Assembly (NCBI GenBank): GCA_965287045.1
Contig: OZ336873.1
Span: 37,324,001-37,388,000 of the forward strand
Direction of reading: 5' to 3'
Source: Carcharhinus amblyrhynchos
Taxonomy: Eukaryota
DNA length: 64,000 nucleotides
A program made the position numbers and the translations under genes. Positions 12,503 through 22,818 of this stretch are shown in pieces (within the stretch, counting starts at the first letter, position 1; each line of letters starts with the position of its first letter). Under the pieces are notes generated by a model. That model saw nothing but the letters and a program-made list of their open reading frames with translations, was not told the DNA's origin and did no database searches.

Positions 12503-12541
12503 ACTCACTAGCTTTCAGGTTTGTCCCTTCGTCAGGTGAAT
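12503..12541 (-). ncRNA. Minimal type-I hammerhead ribozyme motif
   Basis: Reverse complement reads ATTCAC-CTGACGA-A-GGG-ACAAA-CCT-GAAA-GC-TA-GTGAGT, with an intact core. Confidence 0.75.
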
Positions 12542-13551
12542 GGAGAGTTCTGGCCTCAGACAGAGCATATACAGCACAGACACTTTACAGATTACTGATA
12601 TTAGAATGCGAATCTTTACACCTAACCTGCTGTTCAAGTCCTAAAGTGGCCGACAATGTGAGTGGAAGGAGCACTGATCATAGGTTAAAGAGATGTGTAT
12701 TGTCTCCAGACAGTACAGTAAATGAGGTTTAGCAAACCCAGGCAAGTCGCGGGTGTTACAGATAGTGCGACATGAACCCAAGATCCCTGTTGAGACCGTC
12801 CTCATGTGTGCGGAACTTGGCTATCAGTCTCTGTTCAGCGACTCTGCGCTGTCGTGTGTCGTGAAGGCCGCCTTGGAGAATGCTTACCCAAAGGTCAGAG
12901 GCTGAATGCCCGTGACCGCTGAAGTGTTCGCCAACAGGAAGGGAACAGTCTTGCCTGGTGATTGTCGAGCGATGTTCATTCATCCGTTGTCGTTTCCCCA
13001 ATGCACCATGCTTCGGGGCATCCTTTCTTGCAACGGGGCATGCAACATTGCAAGAAAGGATGTCCCGAAGCATGGTACATTGGGGAAGCCATGCAGACGC
13101 TACGACAACGGATGAATTAACATCGCTTGACAATCACCAGGCAAGACTCTTCCCTTCCTGTTGGCGAACACTTCAGCGATCACAGGCATTCAGCCTCTGA
13201 CCTTCGGGTAAGCATTCTCCAAGGCGGCCTTCACGACACACGACAGCGCAGAGTCGCTGAGCAGAGACTGATAGCCAAGTTCCGCACACATGAGGATGGT
13301 CTCAACAGGGATCTTGGGTTCATGTCGCACTATCTGTAACCCCCGTGACTTGCCTGGGTTTGCAAAACCTCACTCACTGTGCTGTTTGGAGACAATACAC
13401 ATCTCTTTAACCTGTGATCAGTGCTCCTTTCACTCACATTGTCGGCCACTTTAGGACTTGAACAGCAGGTTAGGTGTAAAGATTTGCATTCTAATCAGTA
13501 ATCTGTAAACTGTCTGTGCTTTATATGCTCTGTCTGAGGCCAGAACTCTCC

Positions 13552-13590
13552 ATTCACCTGACGAAGGGACAAACCCAAAAGCTAGTGAGT
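13552..13590 (+). ncRNA. Hammerhead motif with GAAA core mutated to AAAA
   Basis: ATTCAC-CTGACGA-A-GGG-ACAAA-CCC-AAAA-GC-TA-GTGAGT. Confidence 0.6.
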
Positions 13591-14159
13591 TTACTATCAA
13601 ATAAATTGGTTGGACTTAAACCTGGTGTTGTCAGACTTTTTACTGTGTTTACCCCAGTCCAACGCTGGCATATCCACATCATGGAAAGGATACGGACAGC
13701 AATGTTTTGAATGATGTGCAGTATAAGGAAGGCCACTCAGGAGAACGTTGGAGTCATTGAATCTAGAGGTGACAAAGGCAGGAACAGGGATTAAGGTTGG
13801 GATGAGAAGTGGGCAAAGCTATGGAGCTGGAATTAGGTGGCGATGATATGAAATCAGATGCTAAGCTTTGAGTTGAACAGGCAGTTAGTTTGCTTCAGGG
13901 CTTAGACTTCTTCTGTCCTCAGTAGGTGTTCACACATGAATGCCTCCCCCTGCGCTCCCCGCTCCCCCCCGCCCCCCACCCAAGAGGCAGTCATTAAATC
14001 TACTGCAAAACTGCTCTAACCACCGCAGCTGAGTTCAGTTAACTTTGCACAGAGCATGGATTGAATTAGAAGTTTCTTGTTAAGCAAACTCATTGGATGA
14101 CCTAACTGTTGCTATTGAGCAAGGCAAAGATACTCCTTAAATACAGTGCAGGTGAATGA

Positions 14160-14870
14160 AGATATAAAATAGGAGCTGGAGTAGATCACACGACTTAGAG
14201 CCTGCTCTGTCATTCAGTATGACCATGCCTGATTTTCTGTCTCCACTCCTCTTACCTGCACATTCCCAAAATTCCTTAATTTCCCAAGGATCTGTCTGTC
14301 TCAGCCTCCAACATGCTCAACATTGGAGCTTCCTCCACCCTCTGGGGTAGACAGTTCCAAAGACTCGCAACCCTGTGAATGAAGAAATTTCTACTTATCT
14401 CAGTCCTAACTTATTGATTCCGTATACAGAGACTGCTGTAACTTCCTCAGCCAGGAGAAACAACCTTTCAGTGTCTACTCTGTCAAGCCACTTCAGAATC
14501 TTGTATGTTTTGGTTATATCACTTTTCATTCTTCTAAACATCAGAGAACTCAGCATCTCCTCAACAACCCTCATCTCAGGAACCAATCCAGTGAACCTTC
14601 ACCATATGGCCTCCAGTGCAAGCATACCTTTCCTCAAATACAGAGAACAAAACTGCACACTCTATAGCCTCACTGAAGCTCTTTACAATTGCGGCAAGAC
14701 TTCATTATTGTACTCCAATACCCTTACAAACAAGGCCAACATGCGACTCATCTTCCTAATTGCTTGCTGTACTGACATGCTAACTGTCCATTTTCCTTAT
14801 ACAAGAACATCCTCTCTGAACATCGGCATTTAACAGGTTCACACCTTTTAAAAAGGATCCTACTTTTCTA
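14160..14870 (-). mobile_element. CR1 LINE 3' fragment, decayed
   Basis: ORF 14395-14586 (FRRMKSDITKTYKILKWLDRVDTERLF); CR1 tail ctactccagctccta. Confidence 0.8.
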
Positions 14871-15676
14871 TTGAGAATGAATGATGTGACATTTCTCAGT
14901 ATCTTCAGTAGTGGTTTAATATTTATACCATAAGCAAATCACATATCATAATGCACTCATGCTGACTTCATCTCTTTTGCATTTTCTGTTCAAGCCTATG
15001 TGTTACATAACAATTGTATCATTCCAGTACACTTGGACTTCTGTAATTACCACAAATCTGCTGGTACTGGCATAAAAAATTGTAGAAAATTCTTCATTTT
15101 TTTAGTATATCTCTGTCTTTGCTGGTTCACATTCAGACACTGAAGCAATTAATTTCTTGTTTGTTGAAAGCTTTGCTCTTGGTTTGTCCACAGAAGCTTT
15201 ACAATTCTTTGGAACAGTAAATAGCATGTAACAGAATGATTAATTTTAAGCCTTTAATTCTGACAAACTCAGGCAGTGGTGTGGCGTTTTCCAAGTTACC
15301 TTGTGTTAAGATGATATTGGAAGTCTCCCAAAAAGTGAAATCTGAAGAGAATAATATGAAAATTAAAACTCCCTTATTTAGCTCATGTATTTTAACAAAC
15401 ATAATTGGTAAGTAGAAGACACTTTATGTTCTTTGTAAGTCTCTTTAATTGATTTTCAAATAATGAGGTCAAGATTCCTTGATGGTTTCTCCAGCTTCCT
15501 GGTTATGTTGGGTCTCCCAGTTATGTTGGGTTTCTGATACATGTTTCCAACTTATCTTATGAGCAGCAGGTCTTTTGCCTTGTCCTTACAAGACAAGTGT
15601 CATCAGGAGACATGGAAGCAGGGCAAGGACTCCCAATGGCAAAGGTTTCTGCTCTAGTGGCTGAGTAAGATCCCAA

Positions 15677-15769
15677 TGGCAGGGATTTTCCAGTCATGCC
15701 CACCACCGGGATCATCTGGTTCTGCCGAAAGTCAGTGAATTTTTGGATAGGACTGGAAAATCTCGGCCA
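15677..15769. mobile_element. Short MITE-like element
   Basis: Inverted ends ggcagggattttccagtc ... gactggaaaatctcggcc. Confidence 0.55.
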
Positions 15770-16694
15770 AAGTAACTGTGGAGGCTACTATGCGCAATGA
15801 CTTGAGGCATATCAGCTTCAGATGGGAAGATATGGGCCCCACTAGTGAAATGACCCAAAATGGATTTTTAGAAAAAAGCAGATTTGATAATTCCATAGTG
15901 TAGGAATTTGGACTCTATAGTAAACCCCAGAGTAAGAAAATTCTTGCCAAGGAATAACCATATTGACAAAAAATCCTTCAGAATGCAACATAACAAGGTT
16001 TACTGGACAATGAAGATTGATACTTAATATTTCAGTAGTCAAGACATGAAATGATACAGAATTCAATGTGTGCCAGTCTGGCTTCCCTGTAGATACAGGG
16101 ACTTCTAGGGTTTGTTCTTTGAATCTTGAACATGATCTCTTGACTGAAGACATCCTTTAAGATTTTAGTTTAATCAGCTTAACAATAACATACATACAAA
16201 CACCTTTGTAACTTTAAGACGGCAGCTCCGGTTTCCCAGTCTACATTAACAGCTTCCAATCCACCTTAGCTGCTGAAGCTGCACATTTTACAGCTGCTTG
16301 TTGGATATTTCTCCCTCTCTCTCTCCCTCTCAAGCTAAAAGCAGCTTGCGAACAATGACTATTCACTTTCTCTTGAGGCAATTATATTTAACCCCCATAC
16401 TGGATTCTAATAGTGAACTCTGTACTGGATCTTTATGGCAATTCTCAAACTGTGGCAATTATGTTTGTCATTTTTTGGGTTCTTACAGCAACCCCAACCA
16501 ATGATCTAAATTACCTGTTGTCTGGCAATGTCCATGTAAGTGCTAACTTACTACTACGTCCTAACTTTCTCTCCCAGCAAACAGCCCCAGCACATGTCCT
16601 GACATCAATACTGTCCATGGCATGTATCCCCAAACATCAACATCATGGTGGTGGGAGTCACTATTGACCAGAAACTTAACTAGACCAGGACTGT

Positions 16695-17494
16695 GGGCCT
16701 GATTTTACCATCAAGTTGCACCTGTTTGCGGGTGCAAAAACTTGGTAAAGTTGGGCAAGAGATGAGTAGTGTTATCCGTGTCCACCTCCGTGCAGGTTCC
16801 CCCTTTACCAAGGCTCGAAAGTGGCTGCGATCGGGACTGCACCCAAAATAGGCACAAAGGCCATTTAATTGCGTTTGCATGCATTTAAATTGATTTAATG
16901 CACGCCCAACCTCACTGGCACTTTCCCCTTTACTACCGCGTTTGCCCATCCAGAATTGGTGAGGAACAAACATGTCCCACAAAAATCTGATTTGGGTGCT
17001 CCAGTCAGTGAGGAGGTAAGTGCTGACCATCCGATGACTCCCTGCTTGAGATCCATGGTGGGGATGGAAGGGGGGGGGGGTCCGCTGCCACTCTGCCTGT
17101 GATTAGTGAGGGAGAAGTGGCTTCTGCTGCCACTCTGCCTGTGATTTGTGGGAGTGAAGGGGGAGGGGGTGGGGGAATAAGGGGGTCAATAATATTGTGG
17201 GGGTGAGGCAATGTCTGTGGGGCCGGAGGAGGCATTATCTACCCGTGAGTGACATGATAAGGGAGCCACATTCTATCATTTATTTTCTGCACATGCGCAG
17301 TTATAGACGCCGATCGGACCTGCAGGGTTTCAGGCATGTTAAGCCCTGCACGCAGGCTTGTGTAGCGCAATTTGGAATTGCTGATATTTTTTCAGGCAGA
17401 GTGCGTACGGGGAGCAGGTCTAAAAGTCAGACCCGAAACACTCCCAGTTTCAAGTCAACCCAGCACTTAGAATCAAAATGGTAAAATAGAACCC
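16695..17494. mobile_element. Non-autonomous DNA transposon of about 800 bp (Harbinger-like TIRs, G-rich interior)
   Basis: gggcctgattttacca ... tggtaaaatagaaccc; GC-rich interior with G runs and gcacatgcgcagt, also seen near 47070. Confidence 0.6.
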
Positions 17495-17554
17495 CATAGC
17501 TCCAAGAATAGGTCAAGAGACCTCTTGGCTCCCCAAAGCCTGTCCGCCATCTGT

Positions 17555-18000
17555 TAGTCACAAGTCAGGAGTGTGATAGAATACTCTCCACTTGCCTGGA
17601 TGAGTTGAGCCCCAACAATACTTAAGGAGCTCAATACCATCCAAGACAAATCAACCTACCTGATTGGCACTCCATTCACCACCTTAAATATTCACTCCCT
17701 CCACCTCTGGCACACAGAAGCAGCCATGTGTACTATATATGAGATGCACTGCAGCAACTCACCAAAGTTCCTTTGAAGCACCTTCAAAACCTGTGGTTCC
17801 ACCTCCAAGCTGCACACCATTCTGATGGGGAGCTGTATCATTGTTCCTTTGCTGTTGCTGGGTCAAAAACCTGGAACTCACCAGCTGCACTGTGGGTGTA
17901 CCTACACCACGTGGCACACCATCACCTTCTCAAGGACAATTTGAGATGGGCAATTAATACTGTCTTGCCAAAAATGGTCACAGCCAAAGAACAAATTTTG
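17555..18000 (+). mobile_element. CR1-group (Zenon-like) LINE 3' end
   Basis: Reads QVRSVIEYSPLAWMS...ELNTIQDK; tail ggacaatttgagatgggcaattaat shared with the 28860, 40175, 48730-50730 and 60430 copies. Confidence 0.7.
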
Positions 18001-18099
18001 AAAATATGCGAGTTGCCCTACTCAGTCTGTTGATACCTGCATTCATGTCTTTATCATTTCTAGCTTCAATGATTCCAATGTTCTCAAATCTGCCTCCTC

Positions 18100-18595
18100 C
18101 AATTTTCATAGATTTCAGCATACCTAAGGTATTGCTGCATATATGCTATCCTGCCACAAGTCACACTTGCCCATCTTTGCTGAAATATCTTGGGCCTTTA
18201 TATCGAAGTAGTCAAATTTACAATTCATGCCCTGGGGTTGAAATCATTCATTGGCTTCTTTTCTTCTAACTGTGCAATCACTTACAGCTTTGCAACCTTC
18301 CCCCGCATTATCCATTCTTCTGTCTCTGGCCTTTTAGGCTTTCCATCTCACGATCATTCCCTTTTTGTTCCATTATTGGCAGACATGCCTTCAGCTGTTT
18401 AGCTCCCACTTCTGCAACTGTCTCCATAAACTCCTTCACTTTTCTATCTCCCTCTTCTTCTTATAATCCACCTGTTTGACCAAGCTTTTAATCTCTTCTT
18501 CCTCAACTCTTTGTGCATTTATTTTTCTTGTACCTCTGTGAAGCACTTTGGGATGTGTTTATGTGTGAATGGTGCTATATAAAGCCATTGTTTCT
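18100..18595 (+). mobile_element. L2-type LINE 3' fragment
   Basis: L2-like tail: tttgaccaagctttt...tgtgaagcactttggga...ggtgctatataaa. Confidence 0.5.
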
Positions 18596-18819
18596 TTCTT
18601 TCCCAAATAGTACTGCAACACTGTTAACTTTAATGCACTTGACATATTTGATGTAGAAAAAGATCTTGATGAATTTTGCAGTTCTACTAGATGGTGCCAG
18701 ATTCTTGGGCGACAGAAATATTTTCGGTCTGGTCATCATATCTCATAAACAGTGAGGCAAAAGCAGATTTTGGAGAAAAGTTAATAGTTGTGTAGGAATT
18801 TTCAATTATCAGTGTGGGC

Positions 18820-20606
18820 AATCTAAAACTGGAGGTCACAGGTACAGGTCGAGAGGCGGTAGATTTAAAACTGAGAGGAGGAGGAACTACTTCCCGCAGA
18901 AGGTGGTTAATTTTACGCCGTTGTTTAAGAAGGGTGCCAGGCAAAAGGCGGGGAATTATAGGCCGGTTAGTTTAACGTCTGTGGTAGGTAAAATGTTAGA
19001 ATCTGTCATTAAGGAGGAAATTGCGAGGCATCTTGAAGGGAATTGCTTGATAGAGCAGACGCAGCACGGTTTCATTAAAGGGAAGTCGTGTCTGACAAAT
19101 TTACTGGAGTTCTATGAGGATGTGTCTAGGGCGGTGGATAGAGGAGAGCCGGTGGATGTGGTCTTTCTAGATTTTCAGAAGGCGTTTGACAAAGTACCTC
19201 ACAAGAGGTTATTGCAGAAGGTCGAGGGACATGGAGTTGGGGGTAGGGTGTTAGCGTGGATAGAGGATTGGTTGTCAAATAGGAGGCAGAGAGTGGGGGT
19301 CAACGGGTGCTATTCGGATTGGCGGATGGTGACTAGTGGAGTGCCCCAGGGGTCGGTGCTGGGGCCTCAGCTTTTTACCATTTATATAGATGATCTGGAG
19401 GAGGGAACCGAGTGTAGAGTGTCGAAATTTGCTGATGACACCAAGATTGGGGGAACGGCAAATTGTGCGGAGGGTGTGGAGAGTCTGCAGAAGGATCTAG
19501 ATAGGCTGGGCGAATGGGCCAGGAAATGGCAAATGGAATTTAATGTTGGCAAGTGTGAGGTGGTCCACTTTGGTAGGAAGAATGGTAGGAAGGACTATTG
19601 CTTACGTGGCGAAAAACTGCAGCAGGCGACGGTGCAGAGGGACCTCGGGGTCCTTGTGCATGAGTCACAAAAACCCAGCTTGCAGGTGCAGCAGGTGGTC
19701 AGGAAGGCGAATGGGATGCTGGCCTTCACAGCGAGGGGGATTGAATATAAAAGTAGGGAGGTCTTGCTGCAGCTGTATAGGGCATTGGTGAGGCTGCAGC
19801 TGGAGTACTGAGTGCAGTTTTGGGCGCCGCACCTGCGCAAAGATATTTTGGCCTTGGAGGGAGTGCAGAGGAGGTTTACTAGGCTGATACCGGAGTTGAG
19901 GGGGTTGAGCTATGAGGAGAGGCTGAATAAACTGGGCTTGTACTCGTTAGAGTTTAGAAGAATGAGGGGAGATCTCATTGAGACGTATAAGATGATGAAT
20001 GGGATGGATAGGATAGAGGTGGAGAGACTCTTCCCGCTCAGAAAGGACAGTAGGACTAGGGGGCACAGCCTCAAGATAAAGGGGGGGGCGGTTTAGAACG
20101 GAGTTGAGGAAGAATTTCTTCACTCAAAGGGTGCTGGAATTCTCTGCCCGTTGAAGTGGTGGAGGCTGCCTCGCTAAATATTTTTAAGAAGCGGGTTGAT
20201 GGGTTTTTGATAAGAGAGGGGATTAAGGGTTATGGGGAGAGGGCGGGAAAGTGGAACTGAGCAGCGACAGATCAGCCATGATCTTATTGAATGGCGGGGC
20301 AGGCTCGAAGGGCTAGATGGCCTACTCCTGCTCCTATTTCTTATGTTCTTATGTTCTTAATTTGTGGAACTTGCTGCCCCATAACACGGTGGAGAGTAAA
20401 TCGTTGAATGGTTTAAAGACTGAGTTAGACGTATTACGAATAAAAAAAGGATAAGCGGATATGGGGAGCAAGTGGAGAAATGGATTTGAGACCAGGGAGA
20501 GATCAGCCATGATCTGATTGAATGACAGATTAGGCTCGAAGAGCTGAATTGACCTACTTCTGCTCCTAATTCCTATGTTCCTATCATTCTTTGCCCTACT
20601 TATGTT
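18820..20606 (+). mobile_element. Older CR1 3' end (18820-18913 and 20357-20606) interrupted by a younger CR1
   Basis: TGGHRYRSRGGRFKTERRRNYFPQKVVN at the left end resumes as NLWNLLPHNTVES at the right end; ttaattt is duplicated at 18907-18913 and 20357-20363. Confidence 0.8.
18903..20356 (+). pseudogene. Young 5'-truncated CR1/HER1-like LINE ORF2 reverse transcriptase fragment plus 3' UTR
   Basis: 302-aa ORF with NYRPVSLTS, DFQKAFDKVPH, GVPQGSVLGP, KFADDTK. TGA at 19809-19811 replaces the Cys of EYCVQFW; frameshift at G8 (20081-20088); tail (ttcttatg)n. Confidence 0.95.
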
Positions 20607-20651
20607 CAAAGTTTATTCATTTGTGTCACAAGTAGCCTCACATTAACACTG

Positions 20652-21090
20652 AAATAAGAAATAAGAAATAGGAGCAGGAGTAGGCCTTCTAGCCCTTCGA
20701 GCCTGCCCCGCCATTCAATAAGATCATGGCTGATCTGTCGCGGCTCAGTTCCACCTTCCCACCCTCTCCCCATAACCCTTAATCCCCTCTCTTATCAAAA
20801 ACCCATCAACCCGCGTCTTAAAAATATTTAGCAAGGCAGCCTCCACCACTTCAACGGGCAGAGAATTCCAGAGATTCACCACCCTTTGAGTGAAGAAGTT
20901 CCTCCTCAACTCCGTTCTAAACCGCCCCCCCTTTATCTTGAGGCTGTGCCCCCTAGTCCTACTGTCTTTTTTGAGCGGGAAGAGTCTCTCCACCTCTATC
21001 CTATCCATCCCATTCATCATCTTATACGTCTCAATGAGATCTCCCCTCATTCTATTAAACTCTAACGAGTACAAGCCTAGTTTATTCAGC
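20652..21090 (-). mobile_element. CR1 3' end, same young subfamily as 18903-20356, in inverted orientation
   Basis: ORF 20745-21074 (YSLEFNRMRGDLIETYK...FFTQRVVNLWNSLP) is near-identical to the reverse complement of 19925-20345. Confidence 0.93.
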
Positions 21091-21376
21091 TGGTCACCAT
21101 TACTGAGACTAGATTGATATTCTAGATTTTGTCAAAGGAATTTAAATTCTACCAACTGCCATGATGGGGGGGGGGGGGGCGGGATTTGAACCCACATCCC
21201 CAGAAGTCTAGTGACATTACCACTAAGCCTCAGTTCCCCACTACATATTGCATTTCCTATTCACTAACTTCTGGAAATATAACATAAATGCCAATAATAC
21301 ACAAGGGACTCATGGGATAAATGGAACTAACGAAAATGTCATTCCATGGATTGAGAGATAATTGGAGGGCAGGATG

Positions 21377-21593
21377 TAATGAAGTTACTGTGAAAGTCCC
21401 CTGGTCGCCACATTCAGGTACACTGAGGGAGAAGTTAGCACGGCCAATGCACCTAACCAGTCTTTCAGACTGTGGGCGAAAATGGAATACTGAAAGGAAA
21501 CCCATACAGACATGAGGAGAACGTGCACAGACAGTGAGCCAAGCTGGGAATCGAACTCGGATCCCTAGCACTGTGAGGCAGCAGTGCTAACCA
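21377..21593 (-). mobile_element. V-SINE, tail type B (a matching tail piece lies at 20608-20651)
   Basis: aatgaagttactgtgaaagtcccc...gcagtgctaacca. Confidence 0.85.
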
Positions 21594-22645
21594 TTTGTTG
21601 GCAACATCATATTACATAACCCAGTTTTGGGGAGAGCACCCCCTGTTATTGAAGAATGCTTAAATTTAAAAAATATGTTTTTTTTAAGAATCTCTCTTTT
21701 CATAGAATAGAATTTTCAAAGAAAATAACCCTTAATGGCAAAAAGGGATTAAACACCTTGGGTAGTAAAAGCTATGGATTGAGCCAGTATTTTGTTAATA
21801 AGTATTTAAAAGTAAAGCATCGATACTGATATATTGACCACATGGCAGTATCCAGAAAATAAGAGTTTGTTGTTCTTGAGGTGGCTGGTAGAAAGTGACT
21901 GAGAACAGTTCAGGGCAATTGATTCAAGCTTCTTTGTACTGTCTGTGGTACTAAATGGAAGGTTGCCAGCCAACTTGTGCATCATGGTGAACAGAAGTAC
22001 ATTAAAGATGATGGGAACACGGATAGGCCACTGGGTTGATCTTTTCTTTGATTGTCTTTGTTTGGTGTTTAGTAGCCCGTCAATTGTGTTTTTTATGGAT
22101 CGGTGTGTTACTAGTGGCGCACTTTCTGTGATGATATATGGAACTTCGCTGCTGTAGATGGTGAGTCATGGGTTAGGCTCCCAACCAGTTCAACACGTCA
22201 CCTCTAGGAAGTGGGGGAAGTACATGGAAGTGGGCTGGTTAATATTTATTCACTGATCCAACATCTGAACAGTACAAAACAATATTTGGAATAGCATTGC
22301 CTCAAGGGGTTGGTGGCTTGGCAAGAGAACCGACAGCACTAATGACAAGTGAAATTCACCCCTCTTTAATACAGATTTCATGCTCAGTTTTAAGCCAGCA
22401 GCAGCCAATCAAAATATTTGAATTCAGTTCATATAATACTGGCTCTGTGTTTTTTTCCACCTTCCCCACCCTACTCCACCATATATAATGCAACGGATTT
22501 TTAAAAATTATTCATTCAGGGGATGTGAGTGTCGCTGGCTGGGCCAACATTTATTGACCATCCCTAATTGCCCTTGACCTGAGTGGTTTGCTAGGCATTT
22601 CAGAGTGCATTTAAGCATTGCTGTGGGTCTGGGAGTCACATGTAG

Positions 22646-22818
22646 TAAGAGGTCTCACAACACCAAGTTAAAGTCCAACCAGTTTATTTGATAGTAAACA
22701 CACAAGCTTTCGGAAACGCTGTTCCTTCATCAGGTGTGTCACTGGTTGGACTTTAACCTGGTGCTGCGAGGCTTCTTACTGTGTTTACCCCAGTCCAACA
22801 CCAGCATCTCCACACGTC
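22646..22818 (+). mobile_element. 173-bp fold-back Penelope-derived insertion with 9-bp TSD
   Basis: Inverted arms 22646-22683 and 22741-22779 plus a tail of about 39 nt; TSD cacatgtag at 22637-22645 and 22819-22827. Confidence 0.88.
22698..22739 (-). ncRNA. Minimal type-I hammerhead ribozyme motif (best-preserved copy)
   Basis: Reverse complement reads ACACAC-CTGATGA-A-GGAA-CAGCGT-TTCC-GAAA-GC-TT-GTGTGT: 6-bp stem I, 4-bp stem II, intact core. Confidence 0.8.

Larger units (their letters stand above)
12451..13682 (+). mobile_element. Penelope-like element, fold-back (inverted) insertion with 13-bp TSD
   Basis: Minus arm 12451-13033 and plus arm 13048-13682 both encode the GIY-YIG C-terminus (ORFs 12756-13133 and 13127-13339, ...EQRLIAKFRTHEDGLNRDLGFMSHYL). 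TSD ggaaaggatacgg at 12438-12450 and 13683-13695. Confidence 0.93.

Noticed and set aside
18903-19811. 302-aa ORF as a host gene or a novel RT system
   Set aside because: It is an ordinary CR1 ORF2 fragment: 5'-truncated, with a premature stop, a downstream frameshift and a CR1 tail
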